Positions 38,529 through 48,979 of a stretch of DNA of 64,000 nucleotides are shown piece by piece. The DNA comes from Acidimicrobiia bacterium UBA4744 (GTDB taxonomy: Bacteria > Actinomycetota > Acidimicrobiia > Spongiisociales > UBA4744): positions 38 to 64,037 of the forward strand of contig DHIO01000022.1 in NCBI GenBank assembly GCA_002403855.1. The letters are read 5' to 3'. Numbering within the stretch: the stretch's first letter is position 1; the number at the start of each line of letters is the position of its first letter. Both the position numbers and the translations under genes were made by a program. The notes beneath the pieces were generated by a model. That model saw only the letters and a list, made by a program, of their open reading frames with translations, was not told the DNA's origin and made no database searches.

Positions 38529-39182
38529 GTGAGAATGCTATACGCTCCCACCGTGACCGCTATCGATCCTTACCGGCGCGTCGCCGGGGTCTACGACCGG
38601 CTCATCGAACCGGTCCAGGCGGGAGTGCGCAGGGTCGCCCTCGATGTGGTCCCGCCCCAACCTACGTGGCAGGTGCTCGATGTCGGCTGCGGCACAGGGA
38701 CCGGTATGACACCGTACGTCGAGGCCGGCTGCACGGTCACCGGGGTTGACGTGTCGGCGGCGATGCTCCAGAAAGCCAGGGCGCGCCTCGGGGATCGGGC
38801 GGAGCTCCACCTCACGGACGGAGACACCCTCCCGTTCGAAGGTGGCCGCTTCGACCTGGTGACCGCATCAATGGTGTTCCATGAGGTGCCTGCAGACGCG
38901 AGGGTGGCATTGGTCACCGAGATGACCCGAGTCGCGGGGTCGGATAGCCGGTTGCTGATAACCGACTTCCGTTTCGGATCGTTGCGCGGCTGGAAAGGAC
39001 CAGCGTTTCGCGCGTTGTCTGAGGTCATCGAACGATTCTCGGGCCACCACTCGGGGTACCGGAGCTTCAAGGCTTCGAACGGCATCCCGGGCGTGGTGAC
39101 CGAGGCCGGTCTCGCCATTGAGCGCGAGAAGATCGTCGCCGGCGGGAACGTGGCGATCTATGAGGTGGTGCCGAAGCCATGA
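38529..39182 (+). CDS. Class I SAM-dependent methyltransferase (Methyltransf_11/25-like)
   Basis: SAM motif I VLDVGCGTGTG, post I TGVDVS and motif II FDLVTASMVFHEV. Length 217 aa. Confidence 0.85.
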   Translation: MRMLYAPTVTAIDPYRRVAGVYDRLIEPVQAGVRRVALDVVPPQPTWQVLDVGCGTGTGMTPYVEAGCTVTGVDVSAAMLQKARARLGDRAELHLTDGDTLPFEGGRFDLVTASMVFHEVPADARVALVTEMTRVAGSDSRLLITDFRFGSLRGWKGPAFRALSEVIERFSGHHSGYRSFKASNGIPGVVTEAGLAIEREKIVAGGNVAIYEVVPKP

Positions 39183-39362
39183 GCTCGGTGCGCGGAGGCG
39201 AGCATGAGCGGATGGCGAGCCCGACGATATCCCCTGGTTTAGGACGTTCGGTGACCCGAACTCCTGGACGATCGCCCGCATTGCCTCCTTCTGATCTGCG
39301 GCGACTCAAGCCCCGATTCGGAGGTATAGGCTTCGCAGTGCCACAGCCGGAGGAGTGAAGCC

Positions 39363-40019
39363 ATGGTTACCCCGCCCGAACCCTATGCAGCCCGCCTGGA
39401 CATCGACTACCCAGAGAAACTCGATCGCTTCACGACGTTCTTCCGGCTGATCTGGATCATCCCGATCGCCATCATCTCGTCGTTGCTCTCCGCGACGGCC
39501 AACTCGACCGTGACCGTGATCGACGAGTCCGGCGAAGTGGTGTCCTACGTCACCAACTCAGGCGGGGGGATTGCATCCGGGCTCTTTTTTGCGACATTGC
39601 TGATGATCGTGTTCCGGGAGCGGTACCCGCGCTGGTGGTTCGACTTCGCCCGCGAATTCGCGCGTTTTGGGGCGCGGGTCGGTTCCTACCTCGCCCTCCT
39701 CACCGATCGGTATCCCTCGACGGTTGAAGAGCAAGCGGTGCATCTGGAGATCGACTACCCAGACGTCGAGCAAGACCTCAACCGCTGGCTGCCGTTGGTC
39801 AAGTGGCTGCTGGCCATCCCCCACTACTTCGTACTCGCTCTGCTTGGGATCATTGCGTTCTTCGCGATCGTCATCGCTTGGTTCGCCATCCTCTTCACCG
39901 GGCGCTACCCGCGCGGGCTGTTCGATTACGTGGTCGGGGTCGGTCGATGGGGACTGCGAGTCCATGCGTACGCGTTCTTGCTGGTCACCGACCGATACCC
40001 TCCCTTCAGCCTCCGATGA
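39363..40019 (+). CDS. DUF4389 family membrane protein
   Basis: Duplicated halves each contain RYP(x)WWFDF / RYPRGLFDY and TDRYP motifs flanking TM pairs, as in DUF4389. Confidence 0.6.
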   Translation: MVTPPEPYAARLDIDYPEKLDRFTTFFRLIWIIPIAIISSLLSATANSTVTVIDESGEVVSYVTNSGGGIASGLFFATLLMIVFRERYPRWWFDFAREFARFGARVGSYLALLTDRYPSTVEEQAVHLEIDYPDVEQDLNRWLPLVKWLLAIPHYFVLALLGIIAFFAIVIAWFAILFTGRYPRGLFDYVVGVGRWGLRVHAYAFLLVTDRYPPFSLR

Positions 40020-40054
40020 ACTAGCAACAACGGCCTCTCGCCAAACCAACTAGG

Positions 40055-40110
40055 TCGAGGCCCCGGCCACCCGCCTTCGAGAAGAGTGGAAATACGAGGC
40101 CGGGCCTCGT
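40055..40110. terminator. GC-rich inverted repeats between convergent genes (candidate bidirectional terminator)
   Basis: tcgaggccccggcc ... ggccgggcctcg pair imperfectly. The segment gaggccgggcctc is itself palindromic. Confidence 0.25.
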
Positions 40111-40188
40111 GACGGGCGAGCCGTACTCTGATCGTACGATCGGATTCACACTGTTCTTCTGATCCGTCGGCGGGCTCCGCGACTCGGA

Positions 40189-40380
40189 TTATGCATCGAG
40201 CTCGGCGAGCTCGGCTTCGAGGATTTCGATCTCCTTCATGTACCGCCAGGCGGGGATTTCTGCCGGTTCGCCCCGCTCGAGCCTGTCGATCTCGTTGTTG
40301 ATCTCCTCGGCGGTGAGCCGGTGATCATGCTCGGGATTGAGCTCGGTTCTCTCGCGTATGCGTTGTTGTGTGGTGGTCAT
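40189..40380 (-). CDS. Small acidic hypothetical protein (about 63 aa, predicted helical/coiled-coil)
   Basis: MTTTQQRIRERTELNPEHDHRLTAEEINNEIDRLERGEPAEIPAWRYMKEIEILEAELAELDA. No family recognised. Confidence 0.35.
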   Translation of the reverse strand: MTTTQQRIRERTELNPEHDHRLTAEEINNEIDRLERGEPAEIPAWRYMKEIEILEAELAELDA

Positions 40381-40846
40381 ATGATCCCCCATCGTTGCTC
40401 CACGTCGAGCAGCCTGGTAGCGAGGTCGGTTGGTTGGTGCAGATCAGCGGTAAAGATCCAGACCGCCTTACGGGCATTGCAGATGATCAACCTCTCGAAA
40501 GAAGCAGAGTCGCCCATATCCTTGCGAACCCGACCGCCGGCCTCATTCACGGTCGCTCAGCATATGCGCACACAGGCAGACCTCCGGGTATTTCCCTCTC
40601 GAGACTCATCGACAATCGGAGCGAAGTGGTGGCTTCTTCGGGCCCAGCGCGTTGGAACGCGCAGGAATCAACGCTGCCCGTGGAATTCCTGGTGTGGACT
40701 CGGGCGAGGTGGCGGTGCCGCGAGCCCCCGAAGTTGAGAGCCTCAGGAGGTCGTGACTCACGCCCGGCACCACAGGACAGTCTGGAAGCCCCGAGGATGT
40801 GACGGAGTCGCTACTGTCGCCTGAACACCGCTGCCGAAGGCAATAC

Positions 40847-42526
40847 ATGAGCACAAAGGACGCTCCCGGCACAACCTCAAACTCGCGCAGTGGCGTCGTT
40901 TTGGCCATTCTCTCCGCCGCCATGTTCGTCTACGTCATCGACACCACATTGATGAACGTTTCGATTTCGGCACTCGTCAAGGATCTCGACACCACCGTCG
41001 GTGCCGTCCAGGGAGCCATCACCCTGTACACGCTGACGATGGCCGCTTTCATGCTGACCGGTGGAAAACTCGGGGACATCTGGGGGTCGAAGCGAGCCTT
41101 CCGCATCGGGCTGGTCATATACGGAACCGGTACCACGATCACCGCGTTCGCCCCGACGCTGGCCTGGGTGATCATTGGCTGGTCGATTCTGGAAGGTATC
41201 GGGTCGGCGCTGATCGTCCCCGCCATCAACACGCTGGTACGCGCCAACTTCGACGGGAGCAAGCGCGCCACCGCATACGGTTTGCTGTTCGGAGTCGCCG
41301 CCGCGGGGGCCGCATTCGGGCCGCTGATTGGCGGCTGGATCACCACCGCCTATAGCTGGCGCCTGGCTTTCGGCATCGAGGCGATCATCGTGCTCGGTGT
41401 GCTGGTCTCGTCGGGACTGCTCGCTGATGCGCCACCCGTTGTCCCGAAGCCCAAGCTGGACGCGATCGGCGTGATCCTCTCGGCACCCGGACTCGGATTG
41501 TTCGTTTTGGGCATCCTGCAGACCGCCGAGCGGGGCTGGGATGATCCACTGGTCATCTCGATGATCGTCGGAGGCCTCGCCATCCTCGGTGTGTTCGTGT
41601 GGTGGATCCGTCGCCAGGAAGCTCGTAACGCACCGGTTCTGGTGCACCCTTCAATCTTCCGTCATCGGTCGATTGGCGCAGGACTGCCTGTCTTGTCGAC
41701 TCAGACTTTCGCTCAGGCCGGGCTGCTGTTTCTGATTCCGGTGTTCACCCAAGCGATCCTCGGCTTCGATGCATTTGAGACCGGCCTCACCCTGTTGCCA
41801 CTATCGATTGGCGTTCTGGTGACATCGGTGACCACGCCACGCCTCGGTCGCATCATCTACCCGAAGTACATCGTACAGGCCGGCCTGGTTCTCCTCTTCG
41901 TCGGGGGGTTCGTCCTCGCCGAGTCGCTGGCAGACGCAACGGAGGGCACCGACATGGCACTCGGCCTTCTGATTGGTGGCATCGCCATTGGGCTGATCGC
42001 CGGTCAGCTGCCGAACATGATCCTCAGTGGAGTCCGGCCGGACGAAGCAAGCGAGGCCTCCGGCCTCCAAGGCACTGCTCAGAACCTCGGAATGGCACTC
42101 GGTACGGCCATCATTGGGACCGTGATCTTGTCGGTAGCCCTGTCGTCCATCGCGGCAGATGTCAAGGAGAGCGGCGCCATCCCCGGCGACCTCAAGGCGC
42201 AGATCGAGACGACACTCGACACCGGCTTGACGGAACCCAGTATCCGCCGGTTGCAGGATGCGCTCTCCGCGGCACCGCCGGAGGTGCAAGCCGAGGCGCA
42301 GCTCATCTTTGATGAGAGCACGCTGCGGGGCTTCCAGGGCGCCATCCTCGCCGGCGGCTTGGTCGCCCTCCTGGGCGCTCTGATGGCATTCCGCCTCCCC
42401 AGGAAGAAACTCGAAGGCGCTCCGGAGGAAGGCGCCGAGAAGGTCGTCGCGGAGACCGTCCGCAACACCACCATCCCCGGCATGCAACTCGAGATGGAGG
42501 ACCTTCAGGCAACTCCGCCGGAATAG
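40847..42526 (+). CDS. MFS transporter, DHA2 (14-TM drug:H+ antiporter) family
   Basis: 14 TM helices with MFS motif A-like GGKLGDIWGSKRAF and motif C GPLIGGWI. ATG 40847 with GAAGG upstream. The ORF track begins at GTG 40799. Confidence 0.85.
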   Translation: MSTKDAPGTTSNSRSGVVLAILSAAMFVYVIDTTLMNVSISALVKDLDTTVGAVQGAITLYTLTMAAFMLTGGKLGDIWGSKRAFRIGLVIYGTGTTITAFAPTLAWVIIGWSILEGIGSALIVPAINTLVRANFDGSKRATAYGLLFGVAAAGAAFGPLIGGWITTAYSWRLAFGIEAIIVLGVLVSSGLLADAPPVVPKPKLDAIGVILSAPGLGLFVLGILQTAERGWDDPLVISMIVGGLAILGVFVWWIRRQEARNAPVLVHPSIFRHRSIGAGLPVLSTQTFAQAGLLFLIPVFTQAILGFDAFETGLTLLPLSIGVLVTSVTTPRLGRIIYPKYIVQAGLVLLFVGGFVLAESLADATEGTDMALGLLIGGIAIGLIAGQLPNMILSGVRPDEASEASGLQGTAQNLGMALGTAIIGTVILSVALSSIAADVKESGAIPGDLKAQIETTLDTGLTEPSIRRLQDALSAAPPEVQAEAQLIFDESTLRGFQGAILAGGLVALLGALMAFRLPRKKLEGAPEEGAEKVVAETVRNTTIPGMQLEMEDLQATPPE

Positions 42527-42726
42527 AAACACAACGGCGCTCCGGCGTTCCAGTCGCCCGCTTCCGGGCGAACCAAGGCGGCCAACGTCTCACCAGCCGA
42601 CCGACCCCACCACCCGCATCCCCGCGACGACACACTTCAGATGTCCTCGAACCGGCCGATGACGCGATTGCGTGGCAAGCACCGGTGGGGCGTTGTGACG
42701 TCGAGGTGATCCTTCAACTCGAGGGC

Positions 42727-43908
42727 CTAGGGCGAAGCATCCAGATATCGGCGTTCGACTATCGGGTGCTGGGCGATCTTGTTGGCGGCGTAGAGGCCGG
42801 TGATGTAGGCGTCCTCGAGCCCGCAGACGTTGTGGTCGCCGATCAGATACAAACCCGGCCCCTGTTCACACTCCAGAAGTGCATCGCCTTCAAGGTGAAA
42901 GGCCGGTGCCCAGTGCTTGTGCTCAACCACCTCCCAATTGGAGAAATAGCCATCGAAATCGGGCCTCTCGGACTGGGAGCAGAACAGCGTAGAGCTGTCA
43001 GATTGTTGGGCGATGGCGAGGGTCGGGTGATCACCCGGGAAGAGGCTGATGGCGGCGCCCGCCCACGGCGAGCGGAGGTTGCCCTTGATCTGGAACATAT
43101 GAGCCCGAACCGGGTTCTTCACGTCACCGAGGGCGAGCAGTCGTTTCGCAACGTCGGTGGGGGTGGCCACCACCACATGATCGGCAGCGAAGACTCCGCT
43201 CCTACTGGTTTCGACTCGATATCCCACGACGTCCGGGGTGATCCTGGTGACCGTGTCGATGAGCACAGCGTCCTCGAAGCCCGCCTGCAGGAGATCGAAC
43301 CGGAAGAAGAACTCGTAGATGGGGACGATGGCCGGCAGCGCCAGCTGCAACAGCGGGAACGCAGTCAGCCTCTCCAGGGAGGTGAAGGCGGTGCCGTGCA
43401 CCGCCGGACCCAGGTAGGTCCTGGCTATCTCGTTGATCCGATGCCGGCGGACGAACTGTTCCGCGGGTTCGCGGTAGAGGTCCCACAGCAACGGATCCGC
43501 GCGGATGGCACGAGCTTGCGACATGCCTACGGAGTTCGCTGTGAAGATCCGGTAGCGCCGGTAGAACTGAGCCAGCAGGCGGAGGAACCGGATGCCTTGG
43601 GGTAGGTGAAGGAGAAGCCGCCGGTCCCAATAGGTATAAGCGCCGTCGACATCGTGACGGACCGTCGATAGGGCGTTGATGCGGCGCCCGAATCGAACGT
43701 AGCGGTTGACGTGGGCGTAGTCGGCCCGCACGTAGTAGGCACCGAGATTGACGGCACCGTCCTGGGAGCGTTGGATCCGTCCCCCCACATCCTCCGAGAT
43801 CATGAGAAAAGGACGCCGGGCATCACAGAGGCTCCTGGCGCACGCCAGGCCGGCGATCCCCGCCCCGACGATGATTGTGCCCCGGGCCCTTTCCCTCGTC
43901 TCGGTCAT
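42727..43908 (-). CDS. FAD-dependent oxidoreductase (amine-oxidase / protoporphyrinogen-oxidase-like fold)
   Basis: N-terminal dinucleotide motif GTIIVGAGIAGLACARSL is followed by GGRIQRS. The C-terminal FAD-binding motif GLYLIGDHNVCGLEDAYITG is also present. Confidence 0.75.
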   Translation of the reverse strand: MTETRERARGTIIVGAGIAGLACARSLCDARRPFLMISEDVGGRIQRSQDGAVNLGAYYVRADYAHVNRYVRFGRRINALSTVRHDVDGAYTYWDRRLLLHLPQGIRFLRLLAQFYRRYRIFTANSVGMSQARAIRADPLLWDLYREPAEQFVRRHRINEIARTYLGPAVHGTAFTSLERLTAFPLLQLALPAIVPIYEFFFRFDLLQAGFEDAVLIDTVTRITPDVVGYRVETSRSGVFAADHVVVATPTDVAKRLLALGDVKNPVRAHMFQIKGNLRSPWAGAAISLFPGDHPTLAIAQQSDSSTLFCSQSERPDFDGYFSNWEVVEHKHWAPAFHLEGDALLECEQGPGLYLIGDHNVCGLEDAYITGLYAANKIAQHPIVERRYLDASP

Positions 43909-44349
43909 GTCTCTGCGTCCGGGCCGGATATCACCAAGCGGCTCACCCATCCGCTCTCGAACGTCCTCATCTCTTCAGGCCTCGAGCCACCAATCTGCCT
44001 GCCGCGTCTCATCCCTTGCCGTCGGCCGGCCACCCGGGCAACCTCCAAACCTACACCCCGGCCGAACAACCCTGTCCCCGATCACCGGAGAAGCCCTCCC
44101 GGCCCAATACAGCACGCCAAGCAGGAGAGAACCGGTAGCAGGTGGTCGGCGGTGGGGATCGTCACCACAGCGGTGTTTGGGTTGGAGAGCTGAGCCAAAT
44201 GCCGCCACCCCCGGCGGGGCGTTGGGTCCCAGGCCATCACGCAAGAATGAGGGCCACCACCAACCACTCGATGACGTTTCAAGGTGCTGCCGCCACATCA
44301 AGCCGGCTGTCGCGTCATGCTCTGCTTCACCTCCTGGAGCGGGCCGAGG

Positions 44350-44712
44350 CTATACCCACCTCCACGCATACCAGACAATCAGTGCATTGAACACAAAGCC
44401 AAAGAAGATCAGAAAGTTGTCGTACGCGGAAGGGTAGGGCAAGCCAAAGAGGTTGAAGATGACCAGCAATATGGCTACGACGATGCTGACCCAGCGAATG
44501 GCGGGATAGCTCAACGTCAGGGTCAGGACGACCATGACAATAGGAATCAGCATGACTACAGCAGCCCCCAACCACATCCACTGAGTCGCCTGCCGGCCGT
44601 CTATCTCGCCCGCAGTGAAGTCGCCGGCGAATATCCGCAACACATCCCCCAAGAGATAGGTCAGCATGAGAGCTACCCATGACCCTGAAAGGATGATCCT
44701 CACCTCCGGCAC
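44350..44712 (-). CDS. Hypothetical small integral membrane protein (4 TM)
   Basis: 120 aa, highly hydrophobic with an aromatic-rich C-terminus. No family recognised. Confidence 0.5.
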   Translation of the reverse strand: MPEVRIILSGSWVALMLTYLLGDVLRIFAGDFTAGEIDGRQATQWMWLGAAVVMLIPIVMVVLTLTLSYPAIRWVSIVVAILLVIFNLFGLPYPSAYDNFLIFFGFVFNALIVWYAWRWV

Positions 44713-44954
44713 GACTCAATCGCCTCCTTCTTGAAGATGTGCGCACCCCAGCCTGCCTCGAATAGACAAAGGCGGGTGTCGTGCGATACGGGCCAACATT
44801 CTCACTCGACAGTAACGACGATCTTCCCTCGCGTAGGTTCTTCTCCCCAACAGCCGAGAGCTTCGGCGGTCTGGTTCAGCGGATAGCTTCCGTCGATGAC
44901 CGGCGTAGAGGTCGTTTGGTTCGTCGTACAAGAAGGTTCTTGTCCTGCTCTCGC

Positions 44955-45854
44955 CTACGGTACCGGCGCCCACGACGGGCTGTCGTCCTCAGCGGGGTGG
45001 TCGGTGAGGCGGATGACGTTGGAGCCGTCGGCGTCCATGACGAAGATCTCCTCGTCGCCGTCGCGGTCCGAACGGAAAACGATATGAAGCCCATCGGGAG
45101 ACCAGTCGGAGCAGCAATCTTCGGCGGGGTTGTCGGTGAGGCGGATGACGTTGGAGCCGTCGGCGTCCATCACGAAGATCTCGAAGTTGTCATCATCGCG
45201 ATCGGAGGAGAAGGCGATGCGGCTGCCGTCCGGCGACCAGGCGGGGGCATCCTCATTCGCGGGGTTGTTGGTGAGGTTGCCGACGTTGGAGCCGTCGGCG
45301 TCCATCACGAAGACCTCGTAGTTGTCGCCATCACGATCAGAGACAAAGGCGATGCGGTTGCCGTCCGGCGACCAGACGGGGCTGGTGTCTTCGGCAGGGT
45401 TGTCGGTGAGGCGAGCGACGTTGGAGCCGTCGGCGTCCATGACGTAGACCTCTTCGTTGCCGTCGCGGTTGGAACGAAAGGCGATGCGGTTGCCGTCCGG
45501 AGACCAGGAGGGATGTTGGTCACTTGCGGAGCTATTGGTGACGTTGCCGACGTTGGAGCCGTCGGCATCCATCACGAAGACCTCGGCGCTGCCGTCGCGG
45601 AGGGAAGCGAAGACTATGCGACTGCCGTCGGGAGACCAGTCCGGAAAGCCGTCGGCAGCGGAGTTGTTGGTGAGGTTGCCGACGTTGGAGCCGTCGGCAT
45701 CCATTACGTAGACCTCGACGTTGCCGTCGCGGTCGGAGTCGAAAGCGATCTTGCCGGAGAACTCCGAGGCGTCACCCCGACCATCGCCGCACGCAGCCGC
45801 AAGGAGGGCCAAGCCAAGCAACGTGGTGCAGATCCGAAGCAGCTTCGTCGTCAT
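44955..45854 (-). CDS. TolB-like beta-propeller lipoprotein (six PD40/WD40-like repeats)
   Basis: Lipobox LLAAAC, then six copies of a roughly 45-aa unit (FxSDRDGNxEVYVMDADGSNVxxLTxNPAxDxxPxWSPDG). Confidence 0.85.
   Translation of the reverse strand: MTTKLLRICTTLLGLALLAAACGDGRGDASEFSGKIAFDSDRDGNVEVYVMDADGSNVGNLTNNSAADGFPDWSPDGSRIVFASLRDGSAEVFVMDADGSNVGNVTNSSASDQHPSWSPDGNRIAFRSNRDGNEEVYVMDADGSNVARLTDNPAEDTSPVWSPDGNRIAFVSDRDGDNYEVFVMDADGSNVGNLTNNPANEDAPAWSPDGSRIAFSSDRDDDNFEIFVMDADGSNVIRLTDNPAEDCCSDWSPDGLHIVFRSDRDGDEEIFVMDADGSNVIRLTDHPAEDDSPSWAPVP
44990..45760. repeat. Six in-frame, roughly 135-bp tandem coding repeats (PD40 blades) inside the TolB-like gene
   Basis: The recurring nucleotide block gtcggcgtccatgacgaagatctc...ccgtccggcgaccag is visible on the plus strand. 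The antisense ORF 44781..45998 is an artefact of this repeat. Confidence 0.5.
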
Positions 45855-46152
45855 GGATCGCCTCCCCTTTCATCACCGTCAACATCTTCCCGCTCAGGGA
45901 ATCATCGCGCACTCGAGGGAGGGTCTGCACGGCTTCCTCGACAGCGCAACAGGGCCGATACAGGGCAAACGGCCCGACGAGCCGCCTTTGCCCTCTGAGG
46001 GCACTGCCTCGGCCCTCGTGCACACCGGCGGAGCCATGCTTGATCCGAATGCGATGGTTGCCGTGTCCCTGGGGTTTGGGCAGCCTCCGTCTGTGGCGAC
46101 GGGACCGCGCCTTCTCGAAGGGTCGCCCAACCGATCAGCAGCGGCCTCGGTC

Positions 46153-46776
46153 CTACCGGCCGGGTTCGGCCAGATCCTTCGCCGTTCTCAGGGCCGCCCG
46201 CAGCACCACCCCCACAAACAAACGCACCAGCCACCAGTAGCGGCCGAACCTGCTTCGGGACTCCTCATCGGTGCCGGCGGTCCGGGCCTCGTAGCTCAGA
46301 AGGGTGCGGCCCTCCCCGTAGCTGCGCATCGAGAACCCAGCGGCGATCTTGGCGAACCCCGCTTCGGCGAACGCAGCGAACTCGTCGGGCGGCACCCGCT
46401 TCCATTCGATCTGCGGCTGCCACACCTTGCCGACGGCCCCGAACACCAACTCGCGTGGGGGTGCCTCTCCCAGCGGGACCCATCCCTCCAGAAGCGCTGG
46501 ATCAACAGATTCCTCGAAGAAATCGGCGAGCCGCATGGCTGGAGGCGGAGGAGTTGGCGGCTCTCTCCGTATCCATCGGCCGATACGGTCGGGCAGCATG
46601 CGCACGAACATCGCCGCGTCCATCAAAGGAGAGTGGATACTGAGGAAGTCCATCTCCCGGACCGTCCTATACACAACCTCGGGTGGAGCGTCGATTACCC
46701 CATGCTCGACGATCGTTTCATCGAAAAGGGGAAGGAACTCATCGATCAACATCCCCGGGTGACTCTCGCTGGTCAT
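46153..46776 (-). CDS. Hypothetical protein (alpha/beta; possible SRPBCC-like)
   Basis: Start at MTSESHPGMLIDEF. Conserved-looking core AVGKVWQPQIEWKRV. No confident family. Confidence 0.4.
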   Translation of the reverse strand: MTSESHPGMLIDEFLPLFDETIVEHGVIDAPPEVVYRTVREMDFLSIHSPLMDAAMFVRMLPDRIGRWIRREPPTPPPPAMRLADFFEESVDPALLEGWVPLGEAPPRELVFGAVGKVWQPQIEWKRVPPDEFAAFAEAGFAKIAAGFSMRSYGEGRTLLSYEARTAGTDEESRSRFGRYWWLVRLFVGVVLRAALRTAKDLAEPGR

Positions 46777-46940
46777 CGTCTCCACCTTCCTCGGCCGTAC
46801 GGCGGGCCGTTCCACCTCAATCATGCCGCAAATCCGGCCCACCTGCCGCAGCGGCCCGCTCCCCTGCCGGCGGGCAGCTCAGTCCCCACAGCGCCCGCGG
46901 CGCTCCTTTGCTTTCGGTCCTGTCTTCGACAGGATCCCTC

Positions 46941-48395
46941 CTAGGGCACGTACACCGGGAGAGTGGTGACTCGAAAAGTGCCGTCGTCGGCGACGACCGC
47001 GAAGGGGAATTGGGTTTCCGGTGGAGAGCCCGCTTCGTCTCCACAGCAGGGACCTCGGGTGAAGAGCTCGCCGCCGGGCGTCTCCAACTCCACCCAGAAC
47101 TGGTAGGTGCCGTTGGTGATCAAACCAGACACCACACTTCGAATTCGTAGGTCACAGACCAACTGATGGCACGCTGCCTCCAAGAGGGCGACACGGTCCG
47201 TAGAATCGATCCCCGGGTTCCAGTCGATCACCTCGTCGAAACCGCCTGCGTACAAATCGGATGCTGTGGGGTAGTCGCCGGTATGCATGGAGTTCAGGAA
47301 CACTTCCAAGGTGGCCACGGCCGATCGCACTTGGGGTGTGTCGGGAAGCCCAACAGGCTCTCTGGTGGGTAGGTCGAGAAACGATGCGTTCACCCACCCG
47401 AGCTCGGTCAGTCGCCACGTCCCACCGTCAGTCGCCAGGGCGGATTCGTCGGTCACCCTGACGACGGCGCCCGGCGCCAGCTCACCTGTCCGGAAGTACT
47501 CGACTCCGGGGCCGGCCCGCACGTTGAGGGTGTCACCGGCGGGCACATCGGCCACTGTTGCCGTCAGCGCCGACTCGGCCAGGACTCCCTCGAGGGTGCA
47601 CTGGTTCGGATACCACCTGGCCAGTTCGGGACTACAACCGCCGTGGGTGAGCACACCTGCGTTCACCAACAGCATTCCTTCCCAGGTTGCACGCGACGAG
47701 ATGCCCTCACAGGCGGATTCGCCCCAGCACAGCGTCGACCGGTCGAGCCCGAGCACCTCTGGATGGTGGAACACAGTCGCCTCCAAAGGATCCAGAAAGG
47801 AGAAGAGCTGATGTGACGTCCCGGCCCGGCTACCCGGATCCCATCGCTCGTCCCCTATTCGGAAGTCGACGTGGGCAATCCCATCCGCGTCGATCTCGGC
47901 GACCACCTCGATCTGATCAGCCTCAGGAACGAAATCGAAACCCGTCGACAGCCCGAAGGCCCGTTCCGCCGGAGTCATGCCAACCACCAGCGCCGACAAC
48001 GCCTGCTCGAGCGTTGGAGTCTCGTCACCGGGCCGGTACACCGGATAGAGCCAGGTGCCCGTGTCGAAATTGCAGATCGCGTAATGGGTGAGCACCGTAT
48101 CGGAAGGCTGCATCATCTCTGCATCGAGACACTGCGACGTGACCGCAGTCGTCGTGGTAGTCATCGGTACGGACGTCGAAGTCGTAGACGTTGCGGCTGT
48201 GGACGGCGCGGACCCGGCGTCGGCGCCGGATCGAGGCGTCGATGCTCCAGTCGACGAAGCAGACCCGGGCGCTTCCCCACCGACCTCCGACTCACACGCC
48301 ACGAGCGTCAACAACGCGCCGAGCAATAGCGTGGCGGACCTCACCCAACCATTCACCGATCGATCCCTGTGGCTCACCTCTCTCAGACGTTTCAT
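46941..48395 (-). CDS. Lipoprotein with S/T-rich linker, Cys-rich central region and SH3b-like segment (hypothetical)
   Basis: Start MKRLREV with lipobox LLTLVAC|ES. The S/T-rich linker is followed by TLNVRAGPGVEYFRTGELAPGAVVRV (SH3b-like) and a C-terminal PCCGDE segment. Confidence 0.55.
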   Translation of the reverse strand: MKRLREVSHRDRSVNGWVRSATLLLGALLTLVACESEVGGEAPGSASSTGASTPRSGADAGSAPSTAATSTTSTSVPMTTTTTAVTSQCLDAEMMQPSDTVLTHYAICNFDTGTWLYPVYRPGDETPTLEQALSALVVGMTPAERAFGLSTGFDFVPEADQIEVVAEIDADGIAHVDFRIGDERWDPGSRAGTSHQLFSFLDPLEATVFHHPEVLGLDRSTLCWGESACEGISSRATWEGMLLVNAGVLTHGGCSPELARWYPNQCTLEGVLAESALTATVADVPAGDTLNVRAGPGVEYFRTGELAPGAVVRVTDESALATDGGTWRLTELGWVNASFLDLPTREPVGLPDTPQVRSAVATLEVFLNSMHTGDYPTASDLYAGGFDEVIDWNPGIDSTDRVALLEAACHQLVCDLRIRSVVSGLITNGTYQFWVELETPGGELFTRGPCCGDEAGSPPETQFPFAVVADDGTFRVTTLPVYVP

Positions 48396-48706
48396 CGACC
48401 CTTCCCGGTTCCCGGACCAGCCAACCACAGAGTATGGAGACTGCCGCCGCCGCCTGAAAGACGACCACTGAGACCGTGACGGCGACGCTGTTCGGCACAA
48501 GCACTTCTTCGATGAAGTGTGCGGAGGTAGAAGCCACGTCAGCTCCGCCATGTCGCGATAGAACTCCTCACCATAGCCCCGACCACGTGCACTCAATGAT
48601 CGGGATTTGGCGCCGTGTGGTCTGCTCCGGGTATCTTGTCTTGCGGGATGGTGCGCAGGTCAGGCTTCTGTGGTGTGCGGCGCCGGCCTGGTGAAGGGAG
48701 GCCGCA

Positions 48707-48979
48707 ATGAACAAGGCTGAGCAAACCATGGTTGACGAGTTCCATGGCCTCTCCTCAGCTGTGTGGACCTCCAACCCGGCGCGGTCCCACCGGTTGTCGG
48801 GTGAACTGCGAGCCGGGACCGTGTCGGTGAGCAACGTCGATCAGGCCGACATCTCGGCCCCGTTCGGCGGATTCAAGCAGTCCGGTTTCGGCGGCAAGGT
48901 CAAGTCGTTGTGGGCGATCAACGAGTACGCCAACAACCACGTGGATCAACATCGGCAGGAGAGGACGCCGACGCAATGA
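48707..48979 (+). pseudogene. C-terminal roughly 85-aa fragment of an NAD(P)-dependent aldehyde dehydrogenase
   Basis: EFHGLSSAVWTSNPARSHRLSGELRAGTVSVN...APFGGFKQSGFGGK...SLWAINEY matches the ALDH C-terminus (EYGLAAGVFT...RAGTVWVN...APFGGYKMSG). No N-terminal or catalytic region exists in any upstream frame. The stop TGA overlaps the ATG of the next gene (ATGA). Confidence 0.6.

Noticed and set aside
37627-38532. 301-aa plus-strand ORF upstream of the methyltransferase
   Set aside because: It is antisense to the alpha/beta-hydrolase start and the zinc-ribbon gene, with Arg/Pro-rich low complexity.
44781-45998. 405-aa plus-strand ORF with internal repeats (VVGEADDVGAVGVHDEDL...)
   Set aside because: It is the antisense image of the PD40 tandem repeats in the TolB-like gene. 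The sense frame has a lipobox and canonical PD40 motifs.
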